From Bacteroidia bacterium (GTDB lineage: Bacteria > Bacteroidota > Bacteroidia > AKYH767-A > OLB10), in assembly GCA_020847635.1 (NCBI GenBank), contig JADLBQ010000022.1, forward strand, positions 37,850-101,849: 64,000 nucleotides of DNA. Reading direction: 5' to 3'. Position 1 is the stretch's first letter. Each line of letters begins with the position of its first letter. The notes under the pieces were generated by a model. That model had not been told where the DNA came from, did not search any database, and was given only the letters and a program-made list of their open reading frames with translations. The position numbers and the translations under genes are program-made. Shown here one piece after another: positions 40,895-51,404 of the stretch.

Positions 40895-42826
40895 TTAACC
40901 CATTCCATACATCACGACAACAGCCAGGATTAGGATTCCGGCAATAAACCAGAACACATACTGATGAACCTGGCCACTTTGCATTTCCCTGATTCCTTCT
41001 GAAGCAGTTTTTGCAGCCTTGCCCGACATGTTTACTGAACCATCTACAACTTGACGGTCAATCCAGGCAGAGGGATAAGCAATCAGCCGATGAATGGAAT
41101 GGTTGACCATAGTATAGAATTCATCTATATAAAATTTATGGTATGAAAGGGTGTACAGGTGTTTAATTCTTTCTGCGATTCTGTCGGGTCGCAGATTCTT
41201 CGCCTTGTATAAATAGAAGGCAAAACCTGTTCCGGTCAGAGCGGATGCAACAGGCAGAATTGAGAAATCATAATGTAAAGAAGTATTGAAAGGAATGCCA
41301 TTTGCCGAAACAAACCTACTAAAAGGAATAAATCCGCTTAAGGCAGCACCGCCAGCAAGCAGGATAAGAGCAAGCAGCATTACAAATTCTGCTTCATGGT
41401 GCGTAGCTTTTGATGACACTTGCTGAGTGGGTGAATACCAGAAAATATGAAAATAAAGCCGGAACATATAAAATGCGGTAATGCCTGAAGTTAACAATGC
41501 AAGTAAGAAAACAGATACATTGAAATGATAGGTTGCCAGAAGAATTTCTTCCTTACTGAAAAAACCACTCAATGGCGGAATTCCGGCAATGGCCAGGCAG
41601 GCAACCAAAAAAGTGATATGAGTGATCGGGAGTAGTTTCCTTAATCCGCCCATTGCTTTTATCTCATTGCTGTGAACATGGTGAATGATTACACCTGCTG
41701 CAAGAAACAACAGTGCTTTAAAAAAAGCATGGGTGAATAAATGAAACATGGAAGCTGTAAATCCGTTTTGTGAATCCATTCCCCAGCGTGCTACCCCAAG
41801 TGAAAACATCATATAGCCGATTTGTGACATAGTGGAGTAAGCAAGAACACGTTTAATATCGGTCTGAGTACAGGCAATGAGAGCAGCCAGTATAGCCGAA
41901 AGAACACCAATGACCATGACAAGATCAAGAGCAGCCGGGCATGATATTGCAAATACCGGAAATAACCGGGCAACAAGGTAAACTCCGGCAACTACCATGG
42001 TAGCTGCATGAATCAGTGCCGAAACTGGAGTCGGGCCTTCCATCGCATCAGGCAGCCAGATGTGCATCGGAAACATGGCAGACTTACCTACTCCTCCCAT
42101 AAAAACCAGCACCAATCCCCAGGTTAATGCACTAGCTCCCAGAAAGGTTGTTGTTGATGCATGAATCAGAAATTCAGATTCGGGATGGGTAAGGCGTTCT
42201 ATCAGCACCCTGAAATCCAGAGTATGAGCTTCAAATGCCAATATGAGAATTCCAATTAAGAAACCAAGATCAGCAAAACGAGTTACAAGAAATGCTTTAC
42301 GCGATGCTTTGACTGCTGACGGACGATCATAATAAAACCCGATCAGCAGGAAGGAACTGATGCCAACCAGTTCCCAGAAAATATAAATCTGAAAAATGTT
42401 GGATGACAGAACCAGTGCCAGCATTGAAAATGTAAACAGCCCCAGATAAGAAAAGAAAGAAGCATAGCGATCCTCGCCTTTCATATAGGAGATGCTGTAA
42501 AGATGAACCATCAGTGACACTACAGTTACGACAATCAGCATCATCACTGAAATCGGGTCAATCAGAATACCCATATCAATAGACAAAGAAGGTGAGAATT
42601 CAAGCCACTTGTACTGAAGCGGGACAAGGGTCTGGTAGATTCCCTCAACCTTGCCGGAAACAAAGAAGTAGGTGTAAGCAACCGAAAGTGAGAGAGCTGT
42701 TGAAACAGCCATCAGTAGCGTTGCGATAATTCCTGCTAACGGCTTTAATTGCCTGCCAAATAGTCCAAGAAGAAGGAATGAGATAAATGGCAGAAGTGGG
42801 ATGCACACGAAAGGATTCATATTCAT
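40895..42826 (-). CDS. nuoL: NADH-quinone oxidoreductase subunit L
   Basis: 643 aa with an antiporter-like core, the 'GFYYDRPSAVKASRKAFLVTRFADLGFLIGILIL' region and a long C-terminal extension. Confidence 0.8.
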   Translation of the reverse strand: MNMNPFVCIPLLPFISFLLLGLFGRQLKPLAGIIATLLMAVSTALSLSVAYTYFFVSGKVEGIYQTLVPLQYKWLEFSPSLSIDMGILIDPISVMMLIVVTVVSLMVHLYSISYMKGEDRYASFFSYLGLFTFSMLALVLSSNIFQIYIFWELVGISSFLLIGFYYDRPSAVKASRKAFLVTRFADLGFLIGILILAFEAHTLDFRVLIERLTHPESEFLIHASTTTFLGASALTWGLVLVFMGGVGKSAMFPMHIWLPDAMEGPTPVSALIHAATMVVAGVYLVARLFPVFAISCPAALDLVMVIGVLSAILAALIACTQTDIKRVLAYSTMSQIGYMMFSLGVARWGMDSQNGFTASMFHLFTHAFFKALLFLAAGVIIHHVHSNEIKAMGGLRKLLPITHITFLVACLAIAGIPPLSGFFSKEEILLATYHFNVSVFLLALLTSGITAFYMFRLYFHIFWYSPTQQVSSKATHHEAEFVMLLALILLAGGAALSGFIPFSRFVSANGIPFNTSLHYDFSILPVASALTGTGFAFYLYKAKNLRPDRIAERIKHLYTLSYHKFYIDEFYTMVNHSIHRLIAYPSAWIDRQVVDGSVNMSGKAAKTASEGIREMQSGQVHQYVFWFIAGILILAVVVMYGMG

Positions 42827-43073
42827 TCAGCTGTCAGTAACTCATTGTCTGGTCTCCGGAACCTTGGTCAGAAGTAGTTAAAATAAGGCTGTAAGGATAC
42901 TAATAAAACAGAAAACAGAAAAGCAGCGTATCCCTTTTTTCAGAAAGACCGGAGAATCTGCAGTCGGTTGCAATGGGAATTTGTAATGGAGTAGTAAAGA
43001 AAATTTAATTGTTTCAGATACCCGGTACCGAGTGTTGTTTTATTGTGCTTATTCGGATCGAACAGATGCTGGC

Positions 43074-44264
43074 TTAGTAATCTGAAGATTTCCGGGTAAA
43101 TCCTCTGAAAGAACAGCCAAGGGCTGCAGCCCGGTGAATTTTGTTCTCTCCAAACCGAAGCTTCAATCTGTCCATTGCCTGATACAAGTTGATGATTTCC
43201 TCGCTGTCTTCAAACAGGTTAATCTGTTGGCCACCTCCTACCAGGTGGCTGAATCTTATCCCGATTAGCCGGATCAGCAGCCTGCGGTTAAACAGTTTGT
43301 CAAAAAGCTCTTTTACATGACCGATGATAATGTGATCACCGGCAGTGTAAGGGATACGGCATTGCATGGTGTGCGTATCAAAGTTACTGTAACGGATTTT
43401 TATAGCCACGCAGGCAGTAAGCTTATGTTCACTGCGCAGCCTGAAGCAAAGCTTTTCAGTCATTGCAACCAGCATGTGCTTCAGGTATTGAACATCAATA
43501 GTGTCCTGGTCAAAGGTTTCTTCAGTACTCATACTCTTCTGTTCATGGTAAGCTTCAACAGGTGAGTTGTCAATACCATTGGCTTTTTTCCAGATGCTGA
43601 CTCCGTTCTCACCTAAGACATTTTCCATGAGTTCAACAGGTATTTCCTGCAGTGTTTTTACTTTTTCTACTCCCATACTTCTCAGCAGGGTGTAGGTTTT
43701 TTCACCTACCATCGGGATTTTCTGAACAGACAACGGAGCCAGAAAAGCTTTCTCTTCTCCGCTGTTTACCTTCAATTGGTTATTGGGTTTTGCTTCATCA
43801 GTAGCTACCTTACTGACTGTTTTGTTAACACTCATTCCGAAAGAAATAGGAAGACCTGTTTCACGGATGATACGTTGCCTGAGTTCGGTAGCATGTTTGT
43901 AGCATCCAAAGAAGCGATCCATCCCGGTGAGGTCAATATAAAACTCATCAATACTGCTGCGTTCATACAATGGGACACATCCACTGATAATTTCACTTAC
44001 CATATCAGAGTGTTTACTGTACTGGTCATAATCACCCCGGATAAAAACCGCCTCGGGGCAGAGCCGCTTTGCCAGCCGGACAGGCATAGCTGAGTGAACT
44101 CCAAACCTGCGGGTTTCATAACTGCAGGCTGCAACGACTCCGCGCTCCCCACCTCCCACGATGACAGGTTTGTTATTCAGCTCCGGATGCAGTAACCGTG
44201 AAACCGATACAAAAAAACAATCCAGATCCATGTGAACAACCGTTCTTGGTATAATCCGGTCCAT
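43074..44264 (-). CDS. dinB: DNA polymerase IV (Y-family)
   Basis: 'HMDLDCFFVSVS' and 'SIDEFYIDLTG' are Y-family polymerase motifs. I placed the start at Met 44264 rather than the upstream in-frame Met at 44285. Confidence 0.85.
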   Translation of the reverse strand: MDRIIPRTVVHMDLDCFFVSVSRLLHPELNNKPVIVGGGERGVVAACSYETRRFGVHSAMPVRLAKRLCPEAVFIRGDYDQYSKHSDMVSEIISGCVPLYERSSIDEFYIDLTGMDRFFGCYKHATELRQRIIRETGLPISFGMSVNKTVSKVATDEAKPNNQLKVNSGEEKAFLAPLSVQKIPMVGEKTYTLLRSMGVEKVKTLQEIPVELMENVLGENGVSIWKKANGIDNSPVEAYHEQKSMSTEETFDQDTIDVQYLKHMLVAMTEKLCFRLRSEHKLTACVAIKIRYSNFDTHTMQCRIPYTAGDHIIIGHVKELFDKLFNRRLLIRLIGIRFSHLVGGGQQINLFEDSEEIINLYQAMDRLKLRFGENKIHRAAALGCSFRGFTRKSSDY

Positions 44265-44526
44265 GATTATAATACAATCATACAAGAAGCAGTAATATAA
44301 TCATAATTAAATATTCTCCGCATTCGTAAATAAAATTTGAATAAAAAACAGAAGAGTAAAGGATGAACTCTTCATTTCATGACTTGATCGGATATTCCGG
44401 TGATGGAGAGCTATAGAAAATCTGACAGCCGGACTTACACCAGGTTGCTGCTGAATGACTGTGAATAAAATCTTTTGAGATGGTTTGTTCCGTCAGGGTT
44501 GCGATGTTTCTTTGATGGACTGAGTT

Positions 44527-45963
44527 ATGGCATTAAGTAGGTTCTGGTCTTTCATTCTGGCAAGCAGTGTAGTATATCTGTTTTACCTGATGCTCTCCGG
44601 TCAGCTATATTCACTGAACGGTGTTGTCAATGGCAGCCAGAATGATCCATTGTTGGTTTCAGAATATGATTCGGGAGCTTTTGCTGCTTCAGAAGCTGAG
44701 TTGTTTTCTTCATTAAAATCAGCAACCTCAGGTAAGGTTACCATAGATCAAAAGACCTATAAGCTGACAGATAAGGGAGTAGTTGAAGTGTATCAAGGCA
44801 AGCTGGCTGCTGACGGAATTTTTATGACTTGTAAAAATACAGTTATCGGATTATGGCTTCCATTAATCGGGTATCTGACTTTTTTCTGCGGATTAATGCA
44901 ATTACTCAGTGACTCGAATGCGACTGAAAAATTAGCCCGGTTTCTGACTCCTGTTTTTTCACGGATTTTTCCTGACCTTCCCAAAGGACATCCTGCTTAT
45001 GGATTTATGACCATGAATTTTGCTGCTAACTTTCTGGGGCTGGATAATGCAGCTACTCCATTTGGATTAAAAGCAATGGAGAGTATGCAGGAGGTTAATA
45101 AAGATAAAAACAGGGCATCTAACAGTCAGATAATGTTTCTGTGCTTGCATGCTGCCGGGCTTACCTTACTCCCGACTTCAATCATTGGTTACAGGGCTGC
45201 CCAGGGAGCTGCTAATCCCAGTGATGTAATGCTCCCGATTATCATCACCTCTTTTGTCGGAACCATTGCTGCTTTGATTTTTGTGAGTATCCGTCAACGG
45301 ATCAATTTACTCAATGGAGTGATTATTCTTTCTGTTACTGGTATCAGTGCTGTTATCGGATTACTCCTGTTTTACATAGTAAGGCTGGAAGGAATTACAA
45401 AAATACACTTTACAGATAATCTGAGTAACGGAATACTGTTGTTGATTATTTTGACAATTGTTTTTTACGCCATGCTTAAAGAGCAGGTGTTTCGTAAGAA
45501 TGGCACAAACCTGTTTGATTCTTTTGCTGAAGGGGCTAAGGAAGGGTTCACTACCGGTGTTCGTGTTTTACCTTATATCATTGCCATGCTGGTTGTTCTG
45601 AGTATTTTCCGGAATTCGGGATTGATGGATATCGTGATGAAAGGCCTAACAGCAGTTTTCGGTTTTTTAAATGTTGATAAGGAAATTATTGATGCCATTC
45701 CTGTAGCACTCATGCGTCCTTTCAGTGCAGGCGGGTCACGTGGATTTATGCTGGATGCCATGGCAGCTTTCGGAGCTGACAGCCTCACCGGCAGATTAGC
45801 CTGTCTGTTTCAGGGAGCTGCTGAAACAACTTTCTATGTCATTGCTCTTTACTTTGGTTCAGTTAATGTGAAAGAAATCCGCTATACGCTTGGAATTATG
45901 CTTCTGGTTGACCTGGTCTGTGTTATAACGGCTGCGATAGTAACAGGAATTTATTTCAGCTGA
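44527..45963 (+). CDS. Nucleoside-recognition (Gate) domain membrane protein, fused SpmA/SpmB-like
   Basis: 478 aa, polytopic, with two Gate-like halves. Confidence 0.55.
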   Translation: MALSRFWSFILASSVVYLFYLMLSGQLYSLNGVVNGSQNDPLLVSEYDSGAFAASEAELFSSLKSATSGKVTIDQKTYKLTDKGVVEVYQGKLAADGIFMTCKNTVIGLWLPLIGYLTFFCGLMQLLSDSNATEKLARFLTPVFSRIFPDLPKGHPAYGFMTMNFAANFLGLDNAATPFGLKAMESMQEVNKDKNRASNSQIMFLCLHAAGLTLLPTSIIGYRAAQGAANPSDVMLPIIITSFVGTIAALIFVSIRQRINLLNGVIILSVTGISAVIGLLLFYIVRLEGITKIHFTDNLSNGILLLIILTIVFYAMLKEQVFRKNGTNLFDSFAEGAKEGFTTGVRVLPYIIAMLVVLSIFRNSGLMDIVMKGLTAVFGFLNVDKEIIDAIPVALMRPFSAGGSRGFMLDAMAAFGADSLTGRLACLFQGAAETTFYVIALYFGSVNVKEIRYTLGIMLLVDLVCVITAAIVTGIYFS

Positions 45964-45989
45964 TCCGCTTTTCTCAAAAAGCTAAACAC

Positions 45990-47306
45990 TTATTCTTTAA
46001 AGAAACGGGTAGTAAAAACCTTGTTATCTGACATAACCGAAAGAAAATATAATCCGGATGGAAAATTGCAGATATGAATGGTCTTTGCCGAAACAATTTC
46101 TGAAGTCAGTGAATACAGTATTTGGCCTGAAGCAGAATAAATTCTGATCTCAGTTTCTAACAAAGGTTTATTACTTATCAGAACCAGGTTATCCCGAACC
46201 GGGTTTGAAAGAACGGATATGCCTGTTAGCGAAGTGAACTCATTAACCCCGGATGAAGTTCCGAATTTGACAATGCAATTATTCGGGTAGCTCCCGGCAA
46301 CAGTAAATAGTCCGCCTATATAAGTCCAGTTTCCGTAATTCGACAAACAGAAACCATCAAAATTCAACCCTGTTCCGATTGCTGACCAGGCCGATCCGTT
46401 CCATTTTGCAATCCTGTTTACCGAAGTGCTGCCGGCAGTTGTAAACTCACCGGTTATAAATAGGTCTGATCCGTAATGTGCAATTCCGTTTACTGCTGCA
46501 TTTGCACCACTTGCTAAAGTCGACCAGGAGGTTCCGTTAAACTTTGCAATTCGGTTAGCACTCACTCCTGCAATGGTTGTAAAATCACCTCCTGCATAGA
46601 GGTTTCCGTTCCATTCATAAAGACAGCGTACTTCACCATTTGCACCATTGCTTGTAATAGCCGACCAGGATGTACCGTTCCATTTAATAAGATTGGCTGA
46701 ATTTATACTTCCGGCCTGGCTGAAATTTCCGCCAACCCATAATTCTCCGTTATAAACAGTCATTGCCATTACTTTAAATCCGGGAGGTCCTGAAATATCA
46801 CCTCCGACAGAAACCCAATCCGTACCGTTCCAACGTTCAATTCCCCGGCCCTGATTAAATCCGCTAAACGTATCAATCAAGCCACCTGCATAAAGTTCAT
46901 TGTTGAAGTAACGAAGTGCATAAACATCTCCGCGGATACCATTACCGTATGGTTGCCAGGTAGTTCCATTCCATTTGGCAACGCCCCAGGCAATATTTCC
47001 TCCGGCAGTGTTAAACCCGCCACCGGCAATTATGCTGTTTCCGTCAGGAATAATGCTGCGAACATAATAGTTAACCCCGCTTCCTAAACTTGACCAGTTG
47101 CTGCCGTCCCAGTAAGCAATGTAATCAGCCGGATTGCCTCCTGCGTAATTAAACTCTCCACCTGCATAAACTGCATTTAAGTTTCCGGGTTTCCCGCAAA
47201 CAGAAAGTACTTTATTATTAACTCCTAATCCAAGCGATGAATAATTCTGTGCATGGCTGTCGTTTGAAATCAAAAACAGAAGCACCAGCGTCAGGAATGG
47301 TCTCAT
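45990..47306 (-). CDS. T9SS C-terminal-domain cargo protein with tandem ~46-aa propeller-like repeats
   Basis: 438 aa with a signal peptide. It carries about 8 tandem repeats of the form 'LYAGGxFtxAGgxxaNxIAKWNGtsWsxlgsG'. The C-terminal ~75 aa look like a type-A T9SS sorting domain. Confidence 0.6.
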   Translation of the reverse strand: MRPFLTLVLLFLISNDSHAQNYSSLGLGVNNKVLSVCGKPGNLNAVYAGGEFNYAGGNPADYIAYWDGSNWSSLGSGVNYYVRSIIPDGNSIIAGGGFNTAGGNIAWGVAKWNGTTWQPYGNGIRGDVYALRYFNNELYAGGLIDTFSGFNQGRGIERWNGTDWVSVGGDISGPPGFKVMAMTVYNGELWVGGNFSQAGSINSANLIKWNGTSWSAITSNGANGEVRCLYEWNGNLYAGGDFTTIAGVSANRIAKFNGTSWSTLASGANAAVNGIAHYGSDLFITGEFTTAGSTSVNRIAKWNGSAWSAIGTGLNFDGFCLSNYGNWTYIGGLFTVAGSYPNNCIVKFGTSSGVNEFTSLTGISVLSNPVRDNLVLISNKPLLETEIRIYSASGQILYSLTSEIVSAKTIHICNFPSGLYFLSVMSDNKVFTTRFFKE

Positions 47307-47395
47307 GTGTTATTAATAGGCCGGCTAAGATACAGAGTATTCATACTGGAAAGCAACAGGAATCCAACTGCCGTCTATGCAGTATTTGATACTTC

Positions 47396-49027
47396 TTACT
47401 TAAAAACTAATTTCTCCAATAAAGTACTACTGTCAGTATTTACCCGGATGCAATAAACTCCTTTTTTTAACCCTGTTGTTTTAACAGGTTCTCTGACCCA
47501 TGAATTGGCTGAAGGGAAAACAACAGATGAATAGACTACTCTACCCGAGAAATCATAAATGTAAATCTGAGTCCTTTTATTGTTTTCGGAATAAAACAAC
47601 AATTCAAGCCCGTCATCAGATGAAGCTGGATTGGGATGTAAGGTGAGTTGCCGGATATCACTTTTGAATGAAACTGTAATCAGATGGGTTTCGTGCTTTG
47701 TTCCGTCAAAATCAATTTCCGTTAACCGGTAATAATTCATACCCTCTGCAGGTGAATCATCTGTAAGGGAATAGTGATGAATTTGGGTTGAATTGCCGGC
47801 AGCTTTTATTCTTCCGGCTTCGGTAAACTCTTCTCCGTTCCGGGTTTTCTCGAGAATGAAATAATCAGTGTTCTTTTCTGAAGCTGTTAACCAGTTAACT
47901 TGCACTGAATTACCAACCTGTTTCCCTTCAAAAGAAAGCAACTCCATTGGTAACGGAGAATTACTATACAGATAAGGCCAAACCGTATCCATATCACAGG
48001 CTGCCATCCAGTTATAACAAAGAACATAGTTTTGCCCTCCTGTAAGCCCGGTAAGCGTAAGGTTAGCGAGTGTACCGGTCTGAAGAGGTAAACCGAAGGT
48101 GGAATTGTATAATGACCAGTTAAATGAATAAACATTTCCACCCAAGGGATTGCAATAATAACCTTGAATTATCATTTGTAGCGTCATACTGTTATAGTTT
48201 GCAGTAAAGGTATGGCAGCGGGTCCGTGTATTATTTTCATTCATAGGAGGCGACAAACTGCTGGGAGGACAGGTGGATGTAATCAAAGGAATAGAAGGAG
48301 GACCGGTGGGAAATGTACATGCCGGGCCACAAGGCGAAGCGCACGTTGAGCAGTTGGATGGTGTACCTACTGCAATACAAAAATCAATTCCTGTTGTACC
48401 ACAAAGTATATTATTCGGGTAGGTAACCTGAATGGCATAGGTTGCTCCTATGGTTAATCCGGTGAGGTTTACCTTTTTATAAGCCTGTGGTCTGCTTGGG
48501 TTAGAATTCGGATAATTTGTACAACCTACCTGGTTGGCTAAGCCGGGAATAGTCGGACCAGCTAAATAAACTGTAAATGCAGTATAACATGATCCATTCA
48601 TTACTAAGAGGCTTACCCACATATTGGTTTGTGTTGCCATAAATGAATACCAAACACTCATAATACTGGCTGTTGTTTGGCAGCTTCCATAAACTTCACC
48701 GGCTTGGAAAGTGGCCTGGTCGAGAGTCCCGTAAACACAGGGTCCGGCATTGGGTGAAAGAACATAAGGTGGATTCAATCCCCAGACATAGGCATCGTTA
48801 AGGGGCGGTGCCAGGACTTTTTGTGCTGTACCGGCTACAGCTGCTTTTTCAGAATTTCTGACCAACATCCTGTCAGTTCCATCATCTATATTACTTACAA
48901 CTGGCTGGTCTTCTGAAATCGTGGCAGCCTGCAGGAAATCTTTTTCATAGGTCTGACTTAAGGCAATTGCCGGCATTAAAATAAATACGAAAAGTGCAGA
49001 TACTATTTTTAGAGTAAGGCTTTTCAT
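47396..49027 (-). CDS. T9SS C-terminal-domain cargo protein, Cys-rich
   Basis: 543 aa with a signal peptide and a Cys/Pro/Thr-rich segment ('CSTCASPCGPACTFPTGPP...TSTCPPSS'). The C-terminal domain is T9SS-like. Confidence 0.55.
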   Translation of the reverse strand: MKSLTLKIVSALFVFILMPAIALSQTYEKDFLQAATISEDQPVVSNIDDGTDRMLVRNSEKAAVAGTAQKVLAPPLNDAYVWGLNPPYVLSPNAGPCVYGTLDQATFQAGEVYGSCQTTASIMSVWYSFMATQTNMWVSLLVMNGSCYTAFTVYLAGPTIPGLANQVGCTNYPNSNPSRPQAYKKVNLTGLTIGATYAIQVTYPNNILCGTTGIDFCIAVGTPSNCSTCASPCGPACTFPTGPPSIPLITSTCPPSSLSPPMNENNTRTRCHTFTANYNSMTLQMIIQGYYCNPLGGNVYSFNWSLYNSTFGLPLQTGTLANLTLTGLTGGQNYVLCYNWMAACDMDTVWPYLYSNSPLPMELLSFEGKQVGNSVQVNWLTASEKNTDYFILEKTRNGEEFTEAGRIKAAGNSTQIHHYSLTDDSPAEGMNYYRLTEIDFDGTKHETHLITVSFKSDIRQLTLHPNPASSDDGLELLFYSENNKRTQIYIYDFSGRVVYSSVVFPSANSWVREPVKTTGLKKGVYCIRVNTDSSTLLEKLVFK

Positions 49028-49219
49028 ATTGAGTGGTTTGAGATTAACCTTGTAAAGATATAAAAACCAAAATTGATAAAAACAAGGTTTTAATAACTAA
49101 AGTCCGGTTTCATACAAATGTATTATCAGAGGATTAGGAATACAGCTATCTGTCTGTAGCCTTAGTTTATTGAGTATAATATACATTTGCAGTGCTTAAT
49201 TAAATAAAAGCAATAAAAA

Positions 49220-49720
49220 ATGAAAAAGACTCTTTTGCTGGTGCTGGTAATTTGTATTTTCAAAAATGTTTCAGCTCAGGATAAAAAACAAACCGTACTT
49301 CCTGCAGCGGTAGTTAAACAGCTTAATGGTGCTTCTTTTTCAACTGCTGACCTAAATAATGACGGGAAACCAATGATTATTTCATTCTGGGCAACCTGGT
49401 GTAAACCCTGCATTTCTGAACTTTCATCAATAGCCGAATACTACGATGAATGGCAGGCTGAGACCGGAGTAAAACTAGTTGCTGTTTCAATTGATGATTC
49501 CAGAACAATGAATTCTGTTGCTCCTTTTGTGAAAGGTAAAGGATGGGATTACGAAGTGTATCTTGATCCCAATGGTGAATTTAAACGGGCAATGAATGTT
49601 AATCTCGTACCTCATACGTTTCTCTTCAATGGTGAACGAGAGCTTGTTCATCAGCATACAACTTATGCTCCGGGAGATGAAAACCGGTTATATGAACAAA
49701 TTAAATTGCTGACTAAATAG
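49220..49720 (+). CDS. TlpA-like thiol-disulfide oxidoreductase (thioredoxin fold)
   Basis: 166 aa with a signal peptide and 'WATWCKPC'. Confidence 0.7.
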   Translation: MKKTLLLVLVICIFKNVSAQDKKQTVLPAAVVKQLNGASFSTADLNNDGKPMIISFWATWCKPCISELSSIAEYYDEWQAETGVKLVAVSIDDSRTMNSVAPFVKGKGWDYEVYLDPNGEFKRAMNVNLVPHTFLFNGERELVHQHTTYAPGDENRLYEQIKLLTK

Positions 49721-49743
49721 GTAACTGGTCTTTATTTCAGAGC

Positions 49744-51402
49744 GTGGCGTGTACTTCTAATATCATTTGTGTGAAAAAAAATAGAGTAAAAGGAATTCTG
49801 GCTGTTCTTATTGTTTGTACCGGAGTGAGTAATTCCAAAGCCCAACTTAGCGCCCCCGGATTACACGGCAATTTTCAATCTGATGCCCAGTATTATCAGG
49901 CAGATTCTGCAATTGGTGCACCTAAGGTTAGAGAGCAATTGTTATCCAACAGTTTCCTGAATTTGACTTATGCTGCTGGAGATTTTTCAGCAGGATTACG
50001 CTATGAATCCTTTCTCAATGCTATGCAGGGGTTTGATAAACGTTACCAGGGAAATAGTTTTATTTTCAGGTATCTGACGTATAACCTGCATAGTCTTGAA
50101 ATCACAGCTGGTAATTTTTATGAGCAGTTTGGATACGGGACTATCTTTCGTTCGTATCAGGAATGGGGCTTAGGCTTCGATAATGCTATGGACGGAATCC
50201 GCCTGCGATACCAGCCGGTTCAGGGTATCTACCTAAAAGCTTTGATTGGCAGGCAACGTTCATTTATGGATTATGGACCTGGCATAACAAGAGGTACAGA
50301 TGCAGAGATCAACCTCAATGAACTTATTTCTTCGTTAGCATCAAAAAAAACAAGACTGATTCTGGGAGGTGCTTTTGTTTCAAAGTTCCAGGGAGATGAT
50401 GACCCGGTTTATATACTGCCAGAAAACATTGGTGCCTATTCTGTCCGGTGGCAATTTAGCCATGAATCATTTTCTCTTTCCGGTGAATATGGTCATAAAA
50501 TCAATGACCCGAATGCGGATAACGGTTATATTTATCGTAAGGGAGAAGTGTTATACCTGACAGCCGCGTATGTTGTAAAGAATTTAGGGATTTCGCTAGG
50601 AGCCAAACGGATTGACAACATGAGTTTTCGTTCAGACCGGACTGCAATTCTGAACAATCTGAATCTGAATTATCTGCCTGCAATTACCAGGCAACAGGTG
50701 TATCGGTTAGCAACTATTTACCCCTACGCTACTCAACTTAATGGTGAAATCGGAACCCAAGCTGAGATTTATTACAACTTTAAAAAAGGGAGTCCTTTAG
50801 GTGGTAAATACGGAACTAAAATTGCCTTAAACGGAGCTTTGATAAACAATATTGTCAGGTATCCGACAGGGGATGATAACGGATATACTTCTGAATTTTT
50901 CAAACCCGGAAAAGAAACTTATTTCAGGGAAGTTAGTTTTGAAGCAGTCAAAAAGGTTACGAAAAAACTGAAATTCACTTTTAATGAAATCTACCAGGTT
51001 TATAATAAGGATGTGATTCAGGGATTATCTGGATATGGAATTGTTAATGCCAATATTAACGTATTAGAAACAGAATACCGCTTTAGTGACCATTACAGCC
51101 TGCGGACAGAGATGCAGCATTTATATACCAGACAGGATTTGGGAAGCTGGGCTATGCTGCTGGCAGAATTTACAATTTCACCTCACTGGTTCTTAGCAGC
51201 CTTTGATGAATATAACTATGACAATACTGAGAAAGAAAAGAGAATTCATTATTACAGTATAAGTGCCGGATATGTAAAAAATACATTACGGTTTTCTCTA
51301 GGATATGGTAAGCAACGTGAAGGATTGCTTTGTATAGGAGGTGTATGCCGTCAGGTCCCGGCATCAAACGGATTTACTTTTAGTATGACCGGGAGTTTCT
51401 GA
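49744..51402 (+). CDS. Putative outer-membrane beta-barrel protein
   Basis: 552 aa with a signal-like N-terminus. It has alternating amphipathic beta patterns, is Gly/Tyr-rich, and ends in Phe. An alternative GTG start lies at 49771. I recognise no family. Confidence 0.4.
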   Translation: MACTSNIICVKKNRVKGILAVLIVCTGVSNSKAQLSAPGLHGNFQSDAQYYQADSAIGAPKVREQLLSNSFLNLTYAAGDFSAGLRYESFLNAMQGFDKRYQGNSFIFRYLTYNLHSLEITAGNFYEQFGYGTIFRSYQEWGLGFDNAMDGIRLRYQPVQGIYLKALIGRQRSFMDYGPGITRGTDAEINLNELISSLASKKTRLILGGAFVSKFQGDDDPVYILPENIGAYSVRWQFSHESFSLSGEYGHKINDPNADNGYIYRKGEVLYLTAAYVVKNLGISLGAKRIDNMSFRSDRTAILNNLNLNYLPAITRQQVYRLATIYPYATQLNGEIGTQAEIYYNFKKGSPLGGKYGTKIALNGALINNIVRYPTGDDNGYTSEFFKPGKETYFREVSFEAVKKVTKKLKFTFNEIYQVYNKDVIQGLSGYGIVNANINVLETEYRFSDHYSLRTEMQHLYTRQDLGSWAMLLAEFTISPHWFLAAFDEYNYDNTEKEKRIHYYSISAGYVKNTLRFSLGYGKQREGLLCIGGVCRQVPASNGFTFSMTGSF

Positions 51403-51404
51403 TT

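Noticed and set aside
42827-43073. Imperfect inverted repeat GTCTCCGG ... CCGGAGAA about 90 bp apart upstream of nuoL
   Set aside because: Only 7 of 8 positions match and there is no supporting context. It is within chance expectation for a 250-bp spacer.
44286-44526. Possible LexA/SOS operator upstream of dinB
   Set aside because: I found no convincing palindrome. The Bacteroidota LexA box is not well enough defined for me to call by eye.
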